Assembly: GCA_036380855.1 (NCBI GenBank)
Contig: DASVDY010000093.1
Span: 1 to 40,294 of the forward strand
Source of the DNA: Rhodanobacteraceae bacterium
GTDB lineage: Bacteria; Pseudomonadota; Gammaproteobacteria; Xanthomonadales; Rhodanobacteraceae
Reading direction: 5' to 3'
Length of the DNA: 40,294 nucleotides
Part shown: positions 1 to 7,866 of the stretch, one piece after another
Layout: every line of letters begins with the position of its first letter
How positions within the stretch are numbered: the first letter of the stretch is position 1
Position numbers and translations under genes: made by a program
Notes under the pieces: generated by a model
What the model saw: the letters and a program-made list of their open reading frames with translations, nothing else
Told to the model about the DNA's origin: nothing
The model's database searches: none

Positions 1-364
1 TCTCGTCCACGATCACGCGCATCTTTTCCAGCTGCGCGGCATTGTCGGCCTGCAGCGATTTCAGTTGCGCATCCAGCGTGGCACGCACCTCGTTCAGGCG
101 CTTTTCGTTGTCGGCGGTCAGGCCCGAGAGCGTCTGCCGCAATTGTTCGGCCAGCCGCGCCAGCGACTCGGCCAGTTCGCCGCGGCCGGCGCGCTGCTCC
201 TCGCGCAACACGCGTTCGATGCGCTCGCTGTCGCCGCGCAGTGCATCGAGCCTGGCGGCGAGCGCGGAATCCTCCGGTTGCCGCGTGCGTTTCAGCAGCG
301 CGACCAGCAGCCCGCAGGCGGCGAGCAGCGCGATCAGTACCAGGACGAGCAGGACGGTGTTCAC
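1..364 (-). CDS. rmuC: DNA recombination protein RmuC, N-terminal part (3' end lies beyond window start)
   Basis: Not in the ORF track because it runs off the edge. My reverse-strand translation from GTG at 364 gives VNTVLLVLVLIALLAACGLLVALLKRTRQPEDSALAARLDALRGDSERIERVLREEQRAGRGELAESLARLAEQLRQTLSGLTADNEKRLNEVRATLDAQLKSLQADNAAQLEKMRVIVDE. That is one N-terminal TM helix followed by a coiled coil, as in RmuC. An in-frame TGA lies a few codons upstream of the GTG. Confidence 0.6.
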   Translation of the reverse strand, partial: MNTVLLVLVLIALLAACGLLVALLKRTRQPEDSALAARLDALRGDSERIERVLREEQRAGRGELAESLARLAEQLRQTLSGLTADNEKRLNEVRATLDAQLKSLQADNAAQLEKMRVIVDE

Positions 365-425
365 GGCGGCAACGATGACGAGAGATGCGCGAAGTGTACG
401 CGCCCCGGGTCTCAGGAGCTGAGCG

Positions 426-1373
426 TCATTCCAGGTGATCGGCAGCTTCGTGCAGGTCCGCGACGTGCTGCTCCCACCAGCGCGCTTCCGCGGCAAACGG
501 GAACGCGGCGGGAAACGCCGGATCGTGCCAGCGCTCGGCGACCCAGCCGGCCCAGTGCACCTGGCGCATGGCGCGCAGCGCCGGGACCAGCGCGCGCTCA
601 CGCGGATCGAAGTCGCGGAATTGCGCGTAGCCTTCCAGCAGCGTGTCGAGGGCATCGTCGTCGCTTGCGAGCATCCACAGGTCCTGCACCGCCGGGCCCA
701 TGCGCGCGTCGTCCAGGTCCACGAAATGCGGGCCGGCATCGGTCCACAACAGGTTGCCGGGATGGCAATCGCCGTGCAGCCGGATTTGCGCGACCCGGCC
801 CACGGCTTCGCAGCGGCTGGCCACCGCCGCATCCACCCGCCGGATCGCCCGTGCGTAGTTTTCATGCAGGCGCGCGGGCAGCAGCGACGACGCCTGCACC
901 GCGCGCGACGGCGCCCCGATGAAGGTCGCGCGATCGAGCGTGCCGCGATGCCGGAACGGCGTCCGCGCGCCGACCGCGTGCATGCGCGCCAGCAGGCGTC
1001 CGATCCATTCCAGGTGCTCGCGCGACTCCATTTCGCCGGCGCGTCCACCGCGGCGCGGATAGATCGAGTAGCGGAAACCGGCGTGGCGCAGCAGCGTTTC
1101 ACCATCGAACGCCAGCGGCGCGATCACCGGCAATTCGGCGTCGGCCAGCTCGCGCGCGAAGGCGTGCTCTTCCGCGATCGCTTCGTCGCTCCAGCGCTGC
1201 GGCCGGTAGAACTTGGCCACCACGAAGCCGCCGTCTTCCAGCCCGATCTGGTAGACGCGGTTCTCGTAACTGTTCAGCGCAAGCAGCCGGCCGTCGGGAT
1301 CGAGGCCCGCCGCGGCGATGGCATCGAGCGCGGTGTCGGGCGTGAGTTCCGAGTAAGGGGCTTGTGCGTTCAC
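426..1373 (-). CDS. srkA: Stress-response serine/threonine kinase SrkA (YihE/RdoA family)
   Basis: 315-aa ORF. It has the phosphotransferase-fold catalytic loop HGDCHPGNLLW and the metal-binding FVDLDD motif. The N-terminal LALNSYENRVYQ and FVVAKFYRPQRW segments are typical of YihE/SrkA. Confidence 0.85.
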   Translation of the reverse strand: MNAQAPYSELTPDTALDAIAAAGLDPDGRLLALNSYENRVYQIGLEDGGFVVAKFYRPQRWSDEAIAEEHAFARELADAELPVIAPLAFDGETLLRHAGFRYSIYPRRGGRAGEMESREHLEWIGRLLARMHAVGARTPFRHRGTLDRATFIGAPSRAVQASSLLPARLHENYARAIRRVDAAVASRCEAVGRVAQIRLHGDCHPGNLLWTDAGPHFVDLDDARMGPAVQDLWMLASDDDALDTLLEGYAQFRDFDPRERALVPALRAMRQVHWAGWVAERWHDPAFPAAFPFAAEARWWEQHVADLHEAADHLE

Positions 1374-1398
1374 CAGCCCATTGTTGCAGGGCGGCCGC

Positions 1399-1610
1399 TC
1401 AGGTGGCGACGTTGCGCGTATTCACCGCCCGCTGCGGCACCACCGCCATGGTCAGGCGCGAGATGCAGGTGAGCTCGCCCGCCTCGTTCTCGATGCGGAT
1501 TTCCCACACCTGGGTGCTGCGGCCCACGTGCAGCGGCCGCGCGGTGCCGGTGACCACGCCCTCGCGCACCGCGCGCAAATGGTTGGCGTTGATCTCGAGC
1601 CCGACCGTGG
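1399..1610 (-). pseudogene. Displaced 3' fragment of the PaaI-type thioesterase gene (duplicate of 3062-3241)
   Basis: The C-terminal 60+ residues of track ORF 1399..1773 (VGLEINANHLRAVREGVVTGTARPLHVGRSTQVWEIRIENEAGELTCISRLTMAVVPQR) are identical to the C-terminal region of the intact gene at 3033..3479. The upstream part of that ORF (MSQSNCSKPKVKPHC...) is read-through into low-GC insert DNA and shows no thioesterase similarity. Confidence 0.8.
1410..1610. repeat. Direct repeat, copy 1 (core 1431-1610)
   Basis: 1431-1610 aligns base-for-base with 3062-3241 (offset 1631) with 3 mismatches, at 1480/3111, 1525/3156 and 1555/3186. A further homologous block cgttgcgNgtattcac occurs at 1410-1425 and 3001-3016, separated from the core by a ~40-bp indel in copy 2. 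Confidence 0.9.
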
Positions 1611-1715
1611 GGACAGCAACACTGACGGAGGACTCGCGAATTGAGCGTGCGTCGAGCTCGGGGGCCGAGCGCCCGTTGTAAGAATTTGCCGACAAGAAGT
1701 TAGGAAAAACTCCCG

Positions 1716-1744
1716 TTGACGACCCCTGGCAGTGAGGCTTTACT
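1716..1744 (+). promoter_or_regulatory. Candidate sigma70-type promoter for the islet genes
   Basis: TTGACG (1716-1721), a 17-nt spacer, then TTTACT (1739-1744). It is followed by an 8-bp inverted repeat GAGCAATT (1754-1761) / AATTGCTC (1783-1790) that could be an operator. Identified by pattern match only. Confidence 0.25.
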
Positions 1745-1810
1745 TTCGGCTTGGAGCAATTGCTTTGCGACAAGAGCTACTGAATTGCTCTCACGTCAAT
1801 TCACCTTCAT

Positions 1811-2767
1811 GTGATAAAAAGGGGTATTCCAATCAGAAAGGGAATTGCTTTTGCCCTAGGCGCGGTAATCTTCTCTGCCGCTCAGGCACAGATTGTCGCA
1901 AAAGATTGTACGGGGTGTTCTACGTCGGAAATCGAAGCGTTGGCTCCCAACTGCTCGAGTGGATACTCCTACATCACGAATTTCACATCCCAAAACATGT
2001 ACAAGGTCTGCTTCATGTGGGATGTCAACGACGCATATCGCCCCCCTCGAAGAGAGAAAGATTATTCTTGGGCAAGCCCGGAATCACGGTATAAGCTCGA
2101 ATTCCAAGCTTATGAGAACGTCTACCTTTACAACGGTCATTTTGAAGGCTTGGCGATGTACGTGCACGTTCAGACACCTGCAGCTGTGAGAGCGTCGACT
2201 TCATTTGCCAGCTACGGAAGCTTGACGTCTGCTGATAATGGATATGTGAACGCCTTCGATACTGTAACTTCGGTCACAGACAACAATCGGGTGGTGGCGT
2301 ACCTGATGAGTACTAACTTCAACGCAGAAGACATCAAGAACTGGAACCCTCCATTCGGCCCCGCATTAGTTGCAGCAATCGCCCAATTGGAAAATGCGAT
2401 TAAGTCAAACGATATTAGCTTCCAAAACTTCAACGCGACATACATCGTTGAGTTCCCGGACGGAAGCCAGCGAACATACAGGTACGACCCTACAGGCCAT
2501 ATCTTCGTCGCTGTTCCCGGGACAGCCTATGACGCGCACGGTAACAAGATTCCCGAGAATGCGAACATGGCAACCAACGGCGGCGGGACGGCGAATTACG
2601 ACTACACCGGAGGCGGCCCTGGGTACGACCAGCCAAACATGGAGACTGTCCTGCGAAATCTCGGGGCCCAAGGCATTCCGGTTGTCAGTGGCGGTGGTGG
2701 TGATCAGATCGAGTGTTCTTGGAACGACAGCACAAACACCCTATCGTGCACGATCAAGCAATTCTGA
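1811..2767 (+). CDS. Secreted Cys/Gly-rich protein of unrecognised family (318 aa)
   Basis: The N-terminus MIKRGIPIRKGIAFALGAVIFSAAQAQ/IV has the form of a Sec signal peptide: basic n-region, hydrophobic core and an AQA cleavage motif. The mature part has six Cys (CTGC, NC, VC near the N-terminus; ECSWNDSTNTLSC at the C-terminus) and Gly-rich tracts (NGGGTANYDYTGGGPGY, VSGGGGD). The GTG start has no obvious SD. I recognise no family. Confidence 0.7.
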   Translation: MIKRGIPIRKGIAFALGAVIFSAAQAQIVAKDCTGCSTSEIEALAPNCSSGYSYITNFTSQNMYKVCFMWDVNDAYRPPRREKDYSWASPESRYKLEFQAYENVYLYNGHFEGLAMYVHVQTPAAVRASTSFASYGSLTSADNGYVNAFDTVTSVTDNNRVVAYLMSTNFNAEDIKNWNPPFGPALVAAIAQLENAIKSNDISFQNFNATYIVEFPDGSQRTYRYDPTGHIFVAVPGTAYDAHGNKIPENANMATNGGGTANYDYTGGGPGYDQPNMETVLRNLGAQGIPVVSGGGGDQIECSWNDSTNTLSCTIKQF

Positions 2768-2794
2768 TGCATTCGACCAGGAGCAACTACAACC

Positions 2795-3028
2795 ATGAGC
2801 TACGCCGCGTTGGGAATCTTGCTGGCGATAATTGCCCTGTATACGCACTCTGTCCCGGCCAGATTAGCTTTGGGTGCTTTTGTGTTGTTGCTATCTGGAT
2901 TGTTTCTTTACCAGCGTAAGCGAGCTGAAAAGGATGCTCGATCTAGAATCGCACTCGCATTGAGTTGCGCGTCAGCCGTGCTCGGAATGTGGGATCTCGT
3001 CGTTGCGGGTATTCACATGGCCGGATAG
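2795..3028 (+). CDS. Small multi-pass membrane protein (77 aa), partner of the secreted protein
   Basis: AGGAG lies 11 nt upstream of the ATG. There are two to three hydrophobic helices (AALGILLAIIALYT, LALGAFVLLLSGLFLY, IALALSCASAVLGMWDLVVAGI) with a basic loop QRKRAEKDARSR. The last ~9 codons lie inside the direct-repeat homology (3001-3016), so the native C-terminus may have been altered. Confidence 0.5.
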   Translation: MSYAALGILLAIIALYTHSVPARLALGAFVLLLSGLFLYQRKRAEKDARSRIALALSCASAVLGMWDLVVAGIHMAG

Positions 3029-3241
3029 CACTTCAAGAGGCGTTGTGGCGGTGGTGCCCGCGCTGCGGCACCACCGCCATGGTCAGGCGCGAGATGCAGG
3101 TGAGCTCGCCGGCCTCGTTCTCGATGCGGATTTCCCACACCTGGGTGCTGCGGCCGACGTGCAGCGGCCGCGCGGTGCCGGTGACGACGCCCTCGCGCAC
3201 CGCGCGCAAATGGTTGGCGTTGATCTCGAGCCCGACCGTGG
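3001..3241. repeat. Direct repeat, copy 2 (core 3062-3241)
   Basis: See copy 1. This copy forms the 3' end of the intact thioesterase gene. Confidence 0.9.
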
Positions 3242-3479
3242 CCATGCCTTCTTCGCAGCAAAGCATCGCCGCGGTGCTCCCCAGCGTTTCCGCCAGCGCG
3301 ACCGACGCGCCGCCGTGCAGGATGCCGTAGGGCTGGCGGGTGCGCGAGTCCACCGGCATCGTGCCGCGCAGGAAGTCGTCGCCGATCGCGGTGATGCGGA
3401 TGTCTATCGTGCGCATCAGCGTGTTCTCGCTCCAGCGATTGATGGTGGCGAGGTCGACTTCCTGCTTCCAGATTGACAT
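3033..3479 (-). CDS. PaaI/YbdB-type hotdog-fold acyl-CoA thioesterase
   Basis: The GILHGGASVALAETLGS motif and overall layout match the PaaI thioesterase family. The start is placed at ATG 3479 (MSIWKQEVDLATIN...), giving 148 aa, rather than at the upstream start in the track. Confidence 0.85.
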   Translation of the reverse strand: MSIWKQEVDLATINRWSENTLMRTIDIRITAIGDDFLRGTMPVDSRTRQPYGILHGGASVALAETLGSTAAMLCCEEGMATVGLEINANHLRAVREGVVTGTARPLHVGRSTQVWEIRIENEAGELTCISRLTMAVVPQRGHHRHNAS

Positions 3480-3586
3480 AGAGGCCCCAGATGAGTCGCG
3501 ATCATCCGATCGCAGGATCGAAACAGCAGTCATCCATGCGGGTAATCAGGCTCCGAATTGTGCCGCGTTTCGGCGACAATGCCGGC

Positions 3587-4639
3587 ATGTCACACTTTGT
3601 TACCTTGGCCGCCAGCGGCAAGCGCTTCGAGGTGCGCGAGGGCGAGACCGTGCTGGAAGCCGCGCAGCGCGCGGGGCTTGCGCTCTCCTACTCGTGCCTC
3701 GCGGGCGTCTGCGGCAGTTGCAAGGCCACGCTGCTGGAGGGCGAGTGCGCCTATCCGCGCAATCCCCCGGCCGCCTTGAGCGCCGCCGAGCGCGCGCGCG
3801 ACGCGGTGCTGCTGTGCCAGGCGGTGCCGCAGACCGACCTCGTGATCGCCGCCCGCGAAGTGGCATCGGTCGAGGACCTGCCGCGCCGCGTCGTGAGCGC
3901 GAAGGTGATCGCGAAGGAGGCGCTGGCGCCGGACATGGTCCGGCTGCGGCTGCAGACCACGCCGCGCCTGCGCTGGTTGCCGGGACAGTATCTCGACGTG
4001 CTGCTGGAAGACGGCCGGCGTCGCGCGTTCTCGATCGCCCTGGCGCCGCACCTGGGCCCGCAACTGGAATTGCACGTGCGCCACGTCGCCGGCGGCGGAT
4101 TCACCTCGTTCGTGTTCGACGAACTGGCGCCCGGCGACACGCTGCGCGTGGAGGGCCCGCTCGGAACCTTCGTGCCGCGCGAAGATTCCGAGCGGCCGAT
4201 GATCCTGATGGCCGGCGGCGCGGGCTTCGCGCCGATCAAGGCGCTGGTCGAGCACTTCCTGCACCTTGGCACGCGCCGCGCGATGCACCTCTACTGGGGC
4301 GCGCGCACGGCGGCGGACCTTTATCTGCGCGAGCTTCCGCAGCAGTGGGCGCGCGAGGCCGAGCGCCTCGAATGGCAGGCGGTGCTTTCGGATGCGCACG
4401 CCGCGCACGAAGCGCATGCGCGCACGGGCCTGGTGCATGAGGCGGTGCTCGAGGACCATCCCGATCTTTCCGGCTTCGACGTCTACATGAGCGGCCCGCC
4501 GGCGATGATTGACGCCGGCCGCCGCGCGTTCGTGGAGGCGGGATTGCCGGAAGACCGGCTTTATTACGACTCGTTCGACTATGCCCCGGACGTGCTGGCG
4601 CAGATTCTTTCGAACCGCGCCGGCATCCACGGGCTCTAG
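3587..4639 (+). CDS. 2Fe-2S ferredoxin / FAD-NAD(P)H oxidoreductase (AscD / Fre-like, CDP-6-deoxy-delta-3,4-glucoseen reductase family)
   Basis: Plant-type ferredoxin cysteines CLAGVCGSC...LLCQA, flavin motif RAFSIA and nucleotide motif MAGGAGFAP are present. The start is placed at ATG 3587 (MSHFVTLAASG). Confidence 0.85.
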   Translation: MSHFVTLAASGKRFEVREGETVLEAAQRAGLALSYSCLAGVCGSCKATLLEGECAYPRNPPAALSAAERARDAVLLCQAVPQTDLVIAAREVASVEDLPRRVVSAKVIAKEALAPDMVRLRLQTTPRLRWLPGQYLDVLLEDGRRRAFSIALAPHLGPQLELHVRHVAGGGFTSFVFDELAPGDTLRVEGPLGTFVPREDSERPMILMAGGAGFAPIKALVEHFLHLGTRRAMHLYWGARTAADLYLRELPQQWAREAERLEWQAVLSDAHAAHEAHARTGLVHEAVLEDHPDLSGFDVYMSGPPAMIDAGRRAFVEAGLPEDRLYYDSFDYAPDVLAQILSNRAGIHGL

Positions 4640-4641
4640 TT

Positions 4642-5913
4642 TCAACGCGCGGGTCGCACCGGCTCGCCCGGCAACCTCGGCATCCCGTGCTGGTCGCGCT
4701 CTTCCACCGCGACCACGCCGGTGTCGCGCGTCGCGTCGCGCGGGCTGAGCGCGACCGTCTTGCCGTGCATGGCGCGCAGCGCGTTGGCGTAGCAGCGCAT
4801 CGCTTCCGCCTGCTCGCCCAGCGCCGAGTGCGCCTCGCCCAGCGTTTCCCAGCCATCCACGCTGTCGGGCTGCAGTCCGACGGCGCGACGCAGGTATTCG
4901 CGCGCGCGCTGCGGCTGTTGCGTGCGCAAGGCCAGCCGGCCGAGCGTGACCAGCAAGCCCGCATCGTTGGGATGCGCCGCCAGCCATCCATCCGCGGTGC
5001 GCAGCCGCGCGGAAGCATCATCGCCCGCCAGCGCGCCGTACAGTGCGACCAGCTGCGGCGACCACTCGCGGCGCAGCGCGCCTTCGATTTCGTCCATCGC
5101 CGCCAGCGGCGAATCCAGTTCTGCGGAGCGCTGCGCGAACGCGGCAAGCGCCTCCGGCGCGATGCGCTGCTGGCGCGACAGGCCGTTCCACAAGCCGTGC
5201 AGCGATTCCACGTCCTTCGCCGATTCCAGCGCAGCGGCGAGCACGCGGGCTTCCAGTGCGGCGAACCCGCGCGCGCCGAGCGCGTTGCTCTTGCGCAGCG
5301 GATCCAGCGCCGCGCGTGCGCGCTGCGGTTGGCCGGCCGCGAGCGCGGTGAGCGCGAGTTCGTGCCAGCCCGAAGGCGGCAACCGGTTGGCGTCGGCCTC
5401 CGGCAGCAACAGTGCGAGCGCTTCGTCGTAGCGGCCCTCGCGGCGCAGGATGCGCGCACGCAGCATGCGTGCGGCCTGCGGCGCGTACTGGCCGGCTTCG
5501 TCCAGGGTTTCCAGTGCGCGCGCGGGTTCGCCACGACGGTGCGCGGCTTCGGCCGCGGCCAGCAACGCGGGCGCGCGCAGCGGCGCGTGTTGCGCGGCGC
5601 GCTCCAGCGCGCGCCCGGCTTCGGCGTGACGGCCTTCGGCCAGCGCGACCATTCCGTCGAACAGGCGCTTGCGGCTGATCCGGCGATGCCGGCGCGTGAG
5701 CGCGCCGAACGGCCAGCGCAGCAGCCACAATGCCAGCGCCACCGCCGCCCAGGCGGCGACCAGCAGCAGCGCCGCGCCCACGACGGTCGCTTCGATCCGC
5801 CATCCGCGCATGCGGATCAGCACGTAGCCCGGATCGGTCGCCAGCCAGTTCCAGGCGATCGCGCCCAGCGCGGCGATCGCGATCAACAGCAGCAGCCAGC
5901 GCCAGGGTTTCAT
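4642..5913 (-). CDS. hemY: HemY-like heme biosynthesis-associated TPR membrane protein
   Basis: 423 aa with two N-terminal TM helices and then TPR-like Ala/Leu/Arg-rich repeats. It is last in a hemD-hemX-hemY gene order and shares an ATGA start/stop overlap with hemX at 5910-5913. Confidence 0.85.
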   Translation of the reverse strand: MKPWRWLLLLIAIAALGAIAWNWLATDPGYVLIRMRGWRIEATVVGAALLLVAAWAAVALALWLLRWPFGALTRRHRRISRKRLFDGMVALAEGRHAEAGRALERAAQHAPLRAPALLAAAEAAHRRGEPARALETLDEAGQYAPQAARMLRARILRREGRYDEALALLLPEADANRLPPSGWHELALTALAAGQPQRARAALDPLRKSNALGARGFAALEARVLAAALESAKDVESLHGLWNGLSRQQRIAPEALAAFAQRSAELDSPLAAMDEIEGALRREWSPQLVALYGALAGDDASARLRTADGWLAAHPNDAGLLVTLGRLALRTQQPQRAREYLRRAVGLQPDSVDGWETLGEAHSALGEQAEAMRCYANALRAMHGKTVALSPRDATRDTGVVAVEERDQHGMPRLPGEPVRPAR

Positions 5914-6953
5914 TTCCGCCGCCCGCCCGTGCTGGCGGCCGGGGCCGGGAGCACCGACTGCAGGCCGTGGCTGGCACGCAGGCCACGCAGCACCGCAAGT
6001 GCATTGCCGGGTGCGACCGCGATTTCCGCGGGCACGTTGCCGAGCCTTGCGAGTTCGGCCGCGGCGTTGCGCACGGCCGGGCGGCTCTTGTCGAAGCGTG
6101 TGTCGAGCAGGTTCGAGGCGCGCGCGAGTGCATCGCGATAGCCCGGCTGGTCCTGGGCGAGCAACCCCGCCTGCGCCCGCGCGAGATCAACTTGCAGCAG
6201 CTCGCGCGCGAGATTGGCATCGGCCACCGGAACCTGCGATCTGTCATCGTGATGGATGCGCAGGATGCCGCCGAAGGCACGCCGGATTCTTGCCCACCAG
6301 CCATCGCCGCTGGCCGTCGTTGCCTCCGCGCGGGGTTCGACGAGCGGCAGGGTGGCGACCTGCCGGCGCAGCGCATCCAGCGCGGCCAGTGCCTGCGCGT
6401 GCTGCGGCGCGTTTTGCGCCAGCGCCTCGCACTCGTTGGCGGTGCTCTCGCGCGCCGGGGCGAAGGCCGGATTCTGCACGTGCGCCAGCGCCTGCCCGGC
6501 GAGCTGGCATGCGCGCAGCGCGCCATCGGCGTCGTGCAGCAGGGTCAGGCGTTGCTGTTCGGTGACCAGCAGGAATTCGGCATCGTCCAGCAGCAGCACG
6601 TCGTGCCCGCGCAGTTGCTGGTCCGACAGCGCGCCGAGCGCGGCTTCCAGATTGCGCATGCGCTGGTCCATGTCCTGGTCCGCATCGCGTTTGGCGCGGA
6701 CGTCGCCTTCCAGCGCATCGGTGCGATTCGCAAGCAACTGCTGCCGGGCCGCATCGGCTGCCTCGCCGTGCTCGAGCGCGGCGAGGCGCGCCTGCAACTG
6801 AGTCTCGCGGGCGTCCGCATCGGATTGCACGTGCCGCTGCTGCCACGACAGCCACGCGATCAGCGCCAGTGCGAGCAGCGCCAGCAGCAAGGCCAAGGTT
6901 GCGAGCAGTGATGAGGTGCGGCGCGGCGCCGCATGGGCGGGAGCTTCGTTCAT
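5910..6953 (-). CDS. hemX: HemX-like (uroporphyrinogen-III C-methyltransferase-annotated) membrane protein
   Basis: The start is placed at ATG 6953 (MNEAPAHAAPRRTSSLLATLALLLALLALALIAWL). It has a single TM helix followed by a long coiled coil and lies between hemD and hemY. The track ORF extends spuriously to 7460. Confidence 0.8.
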   Translation of the reverse strand: MNEAPAHAAPRRTSSLLATLALLLALLALALIAWLSWQQRHVQSDADARETQLQARLAALEHGEAADAARQQLLANRTDALEGDVRAKRDADQDMDQRMRNLEAALGALSDQQLRGHDVLLLDDAEFLLVTEQQRLTLLHDADGALRACQLAGQALAHVQNPAFAPARESTANECEALAQNAPQHAQALAALDALRRQVATLPLVEPRAEATTASGDGWWARIRRAFGGILRIHHDDRSQVPVADANLARELLQVDLARAQAGLLAQDQPGYRDALARASNLLDTRFDKSRPAVRNAAAELARLGNVPAEIAVAPGNALAVLRGLRASHGLQSVLPAPAASTGGRRK

Positions 6954-6999
6954 GGGCGGCAATGCTAGCTCGCGGGCGCGCGGGTGCAAGCGCTCGAGG

Positions 7000-7767
7000 T
7001 CACGGCCGCGCGTGCGCGGCGACGATCGCGGCGACCAGATCGCCGTCGTGGGCCGATTCCGCGCGCAGCACGCGTGCAAAGCCGGCCGCGCGCGCCGCCT
7101 GCAACAGCCGCGCACTGCTGGCGATCGCGGTGCCGCCGAGCAGCGCACGTTTCGCGTTTCCCGGCAAGGCGGCGAGCAGGTTCCGCAGCGCCTCGCTGCT
7201 GGAGAGCGGCACGTACAGCGGCGCGCGATTGCGCGACAACGCCGACGCGTGCCGCCGGTCCAGTCGTGCCGGCACGCGCTGGTAGACGTGCGCGGCCGTG
7301 ATGCGTGCGCCGCGCTCCCGCAACGTGCCGTCGAGCAAACCGCGTCCGCCCGGCGCGCCGACGATGCCGACGCGCTTGCCGCGCACGCGTTGCAGTCCGG
7401 GCAGCGCGAGCATGCCTTCACTGTCGGCGCGCGCGGGAATCGTTGCATCGAGACCGGCAATGCGCAGCGCCGCGGCGGTTCCGCTTCCCGGCACGATCAC
7501 CGCCGCGCGCGTGCGCAGCGGCAGCAGCCGCGCGGCGAACCGCACGGCGGCGGGACTGGTGAAGATCACGACGTCACCGCCCAGCGCTCCACGCAACGCG
7601 GTGCGCGCGGCATCCGGATCGCCCGCCGCGCGCAGGCTCGAACCCGGCAGCGGCACGGCGGTGCCGCCCAGCGCCAGCACGCGCGCGCGCAGCGCCGCGC
7701 CCGCGCCGACCGGGCGCGTGATCGCGACGCACGCACCGGCCAGGGGTTTTCCGGATCGGCTCGACAT
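7000..7767 (-). CDS. hemD: Uroporphyrinogen-III synthase
   Basis: 255 aa with a two-lobed HemD-like sequence (ITRP...GG..V.LP, VIFTSPAAV, GSGTAAAL). It is first in the hemDXY operon. Confidence 0.8.
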   Translation of the reverse strand: MSSRSGKPLAGACVAITRPVGAGAALRARVLALGGTAVPLPGSSLRAAGDPDAARTALRGALGGDVVIFTSPAAVRFAARLLPLRTRAAVIVPGSGTAAALRIAGLDATIPARADSEGMLALPGLQRVRGKRVGIVGAPGGRGLLDGTLRERGARITAAHVYQRVPARLDRRHASALSRNRAPLYVPLSSSEALRNLLAALPGNAKRALLGGTAIASSARLLQAARAAGFARVLRAESAHDGDLVAAIVAAHARP

Positions 7768-7866
7768 GGCGCGATGCTAATCGAATGTGCGTCGGCGGGC
7801 TTGTCCGAACGAAGATCCGTGTCCACACTTCGGATTCCACGCCGATCGCTTTCAGGTTTCCCCGAT

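Larger units (their letters stand above)
1611..3000. mobile_element. Low-GC horizontally acquired insertion (integrase-less islet) between the direct repeats
   Basis: GC counted on sampled 60-nt lines inside the segment is 42-53% (lines 2041, 2401, 2821), against 70% in a flanking line (3601). The segment is bounded on both sides by the duplicated thioesterase 3' end. It carries two + strand ORFs, antisense to the flanking - strand genes. No integrase, transposase or terminal inverted repeats were seen. Confidence 0.6.

Noticed and set aside
1399-1773. Track ORF of 124 aa as an intact gene
   Set aside because: Only its C-terminal ~70 residues are thioesterase sequence, duplicated from 3033-3479. 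The N-terminal 55 residues read across the repeat boundary into low-GC insert DNA. I treat it as a displaced gene fragment.
1611-3000. Integron gene cassette or IS/transposon as the origin of the low-GC islet
   Set aside because: I found no attC-like imperfect inverted repeat with GTTRRRY core sites after either ORF. There are no terminal inverted repeats, no short target-site duplication and no transposase. The 180-bp gene-end duplication points to Campbell-type recombination instead.
3590-7460. Long overlapping ORFs in the reductase/hemYXD region (3590..4987 -, 4236..5534 -, 4687..6141 +, 5018..6526 -, 5730..6911 +, and the N-terminal extension of 5910..7460)
   Set aside because: They have the same high-GC artefact composition. 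The region is fully explained by the ferredoxin reductase, hemY, hemX (start 6953) and hemD, all of which show family motifs and operon-style overlaps.
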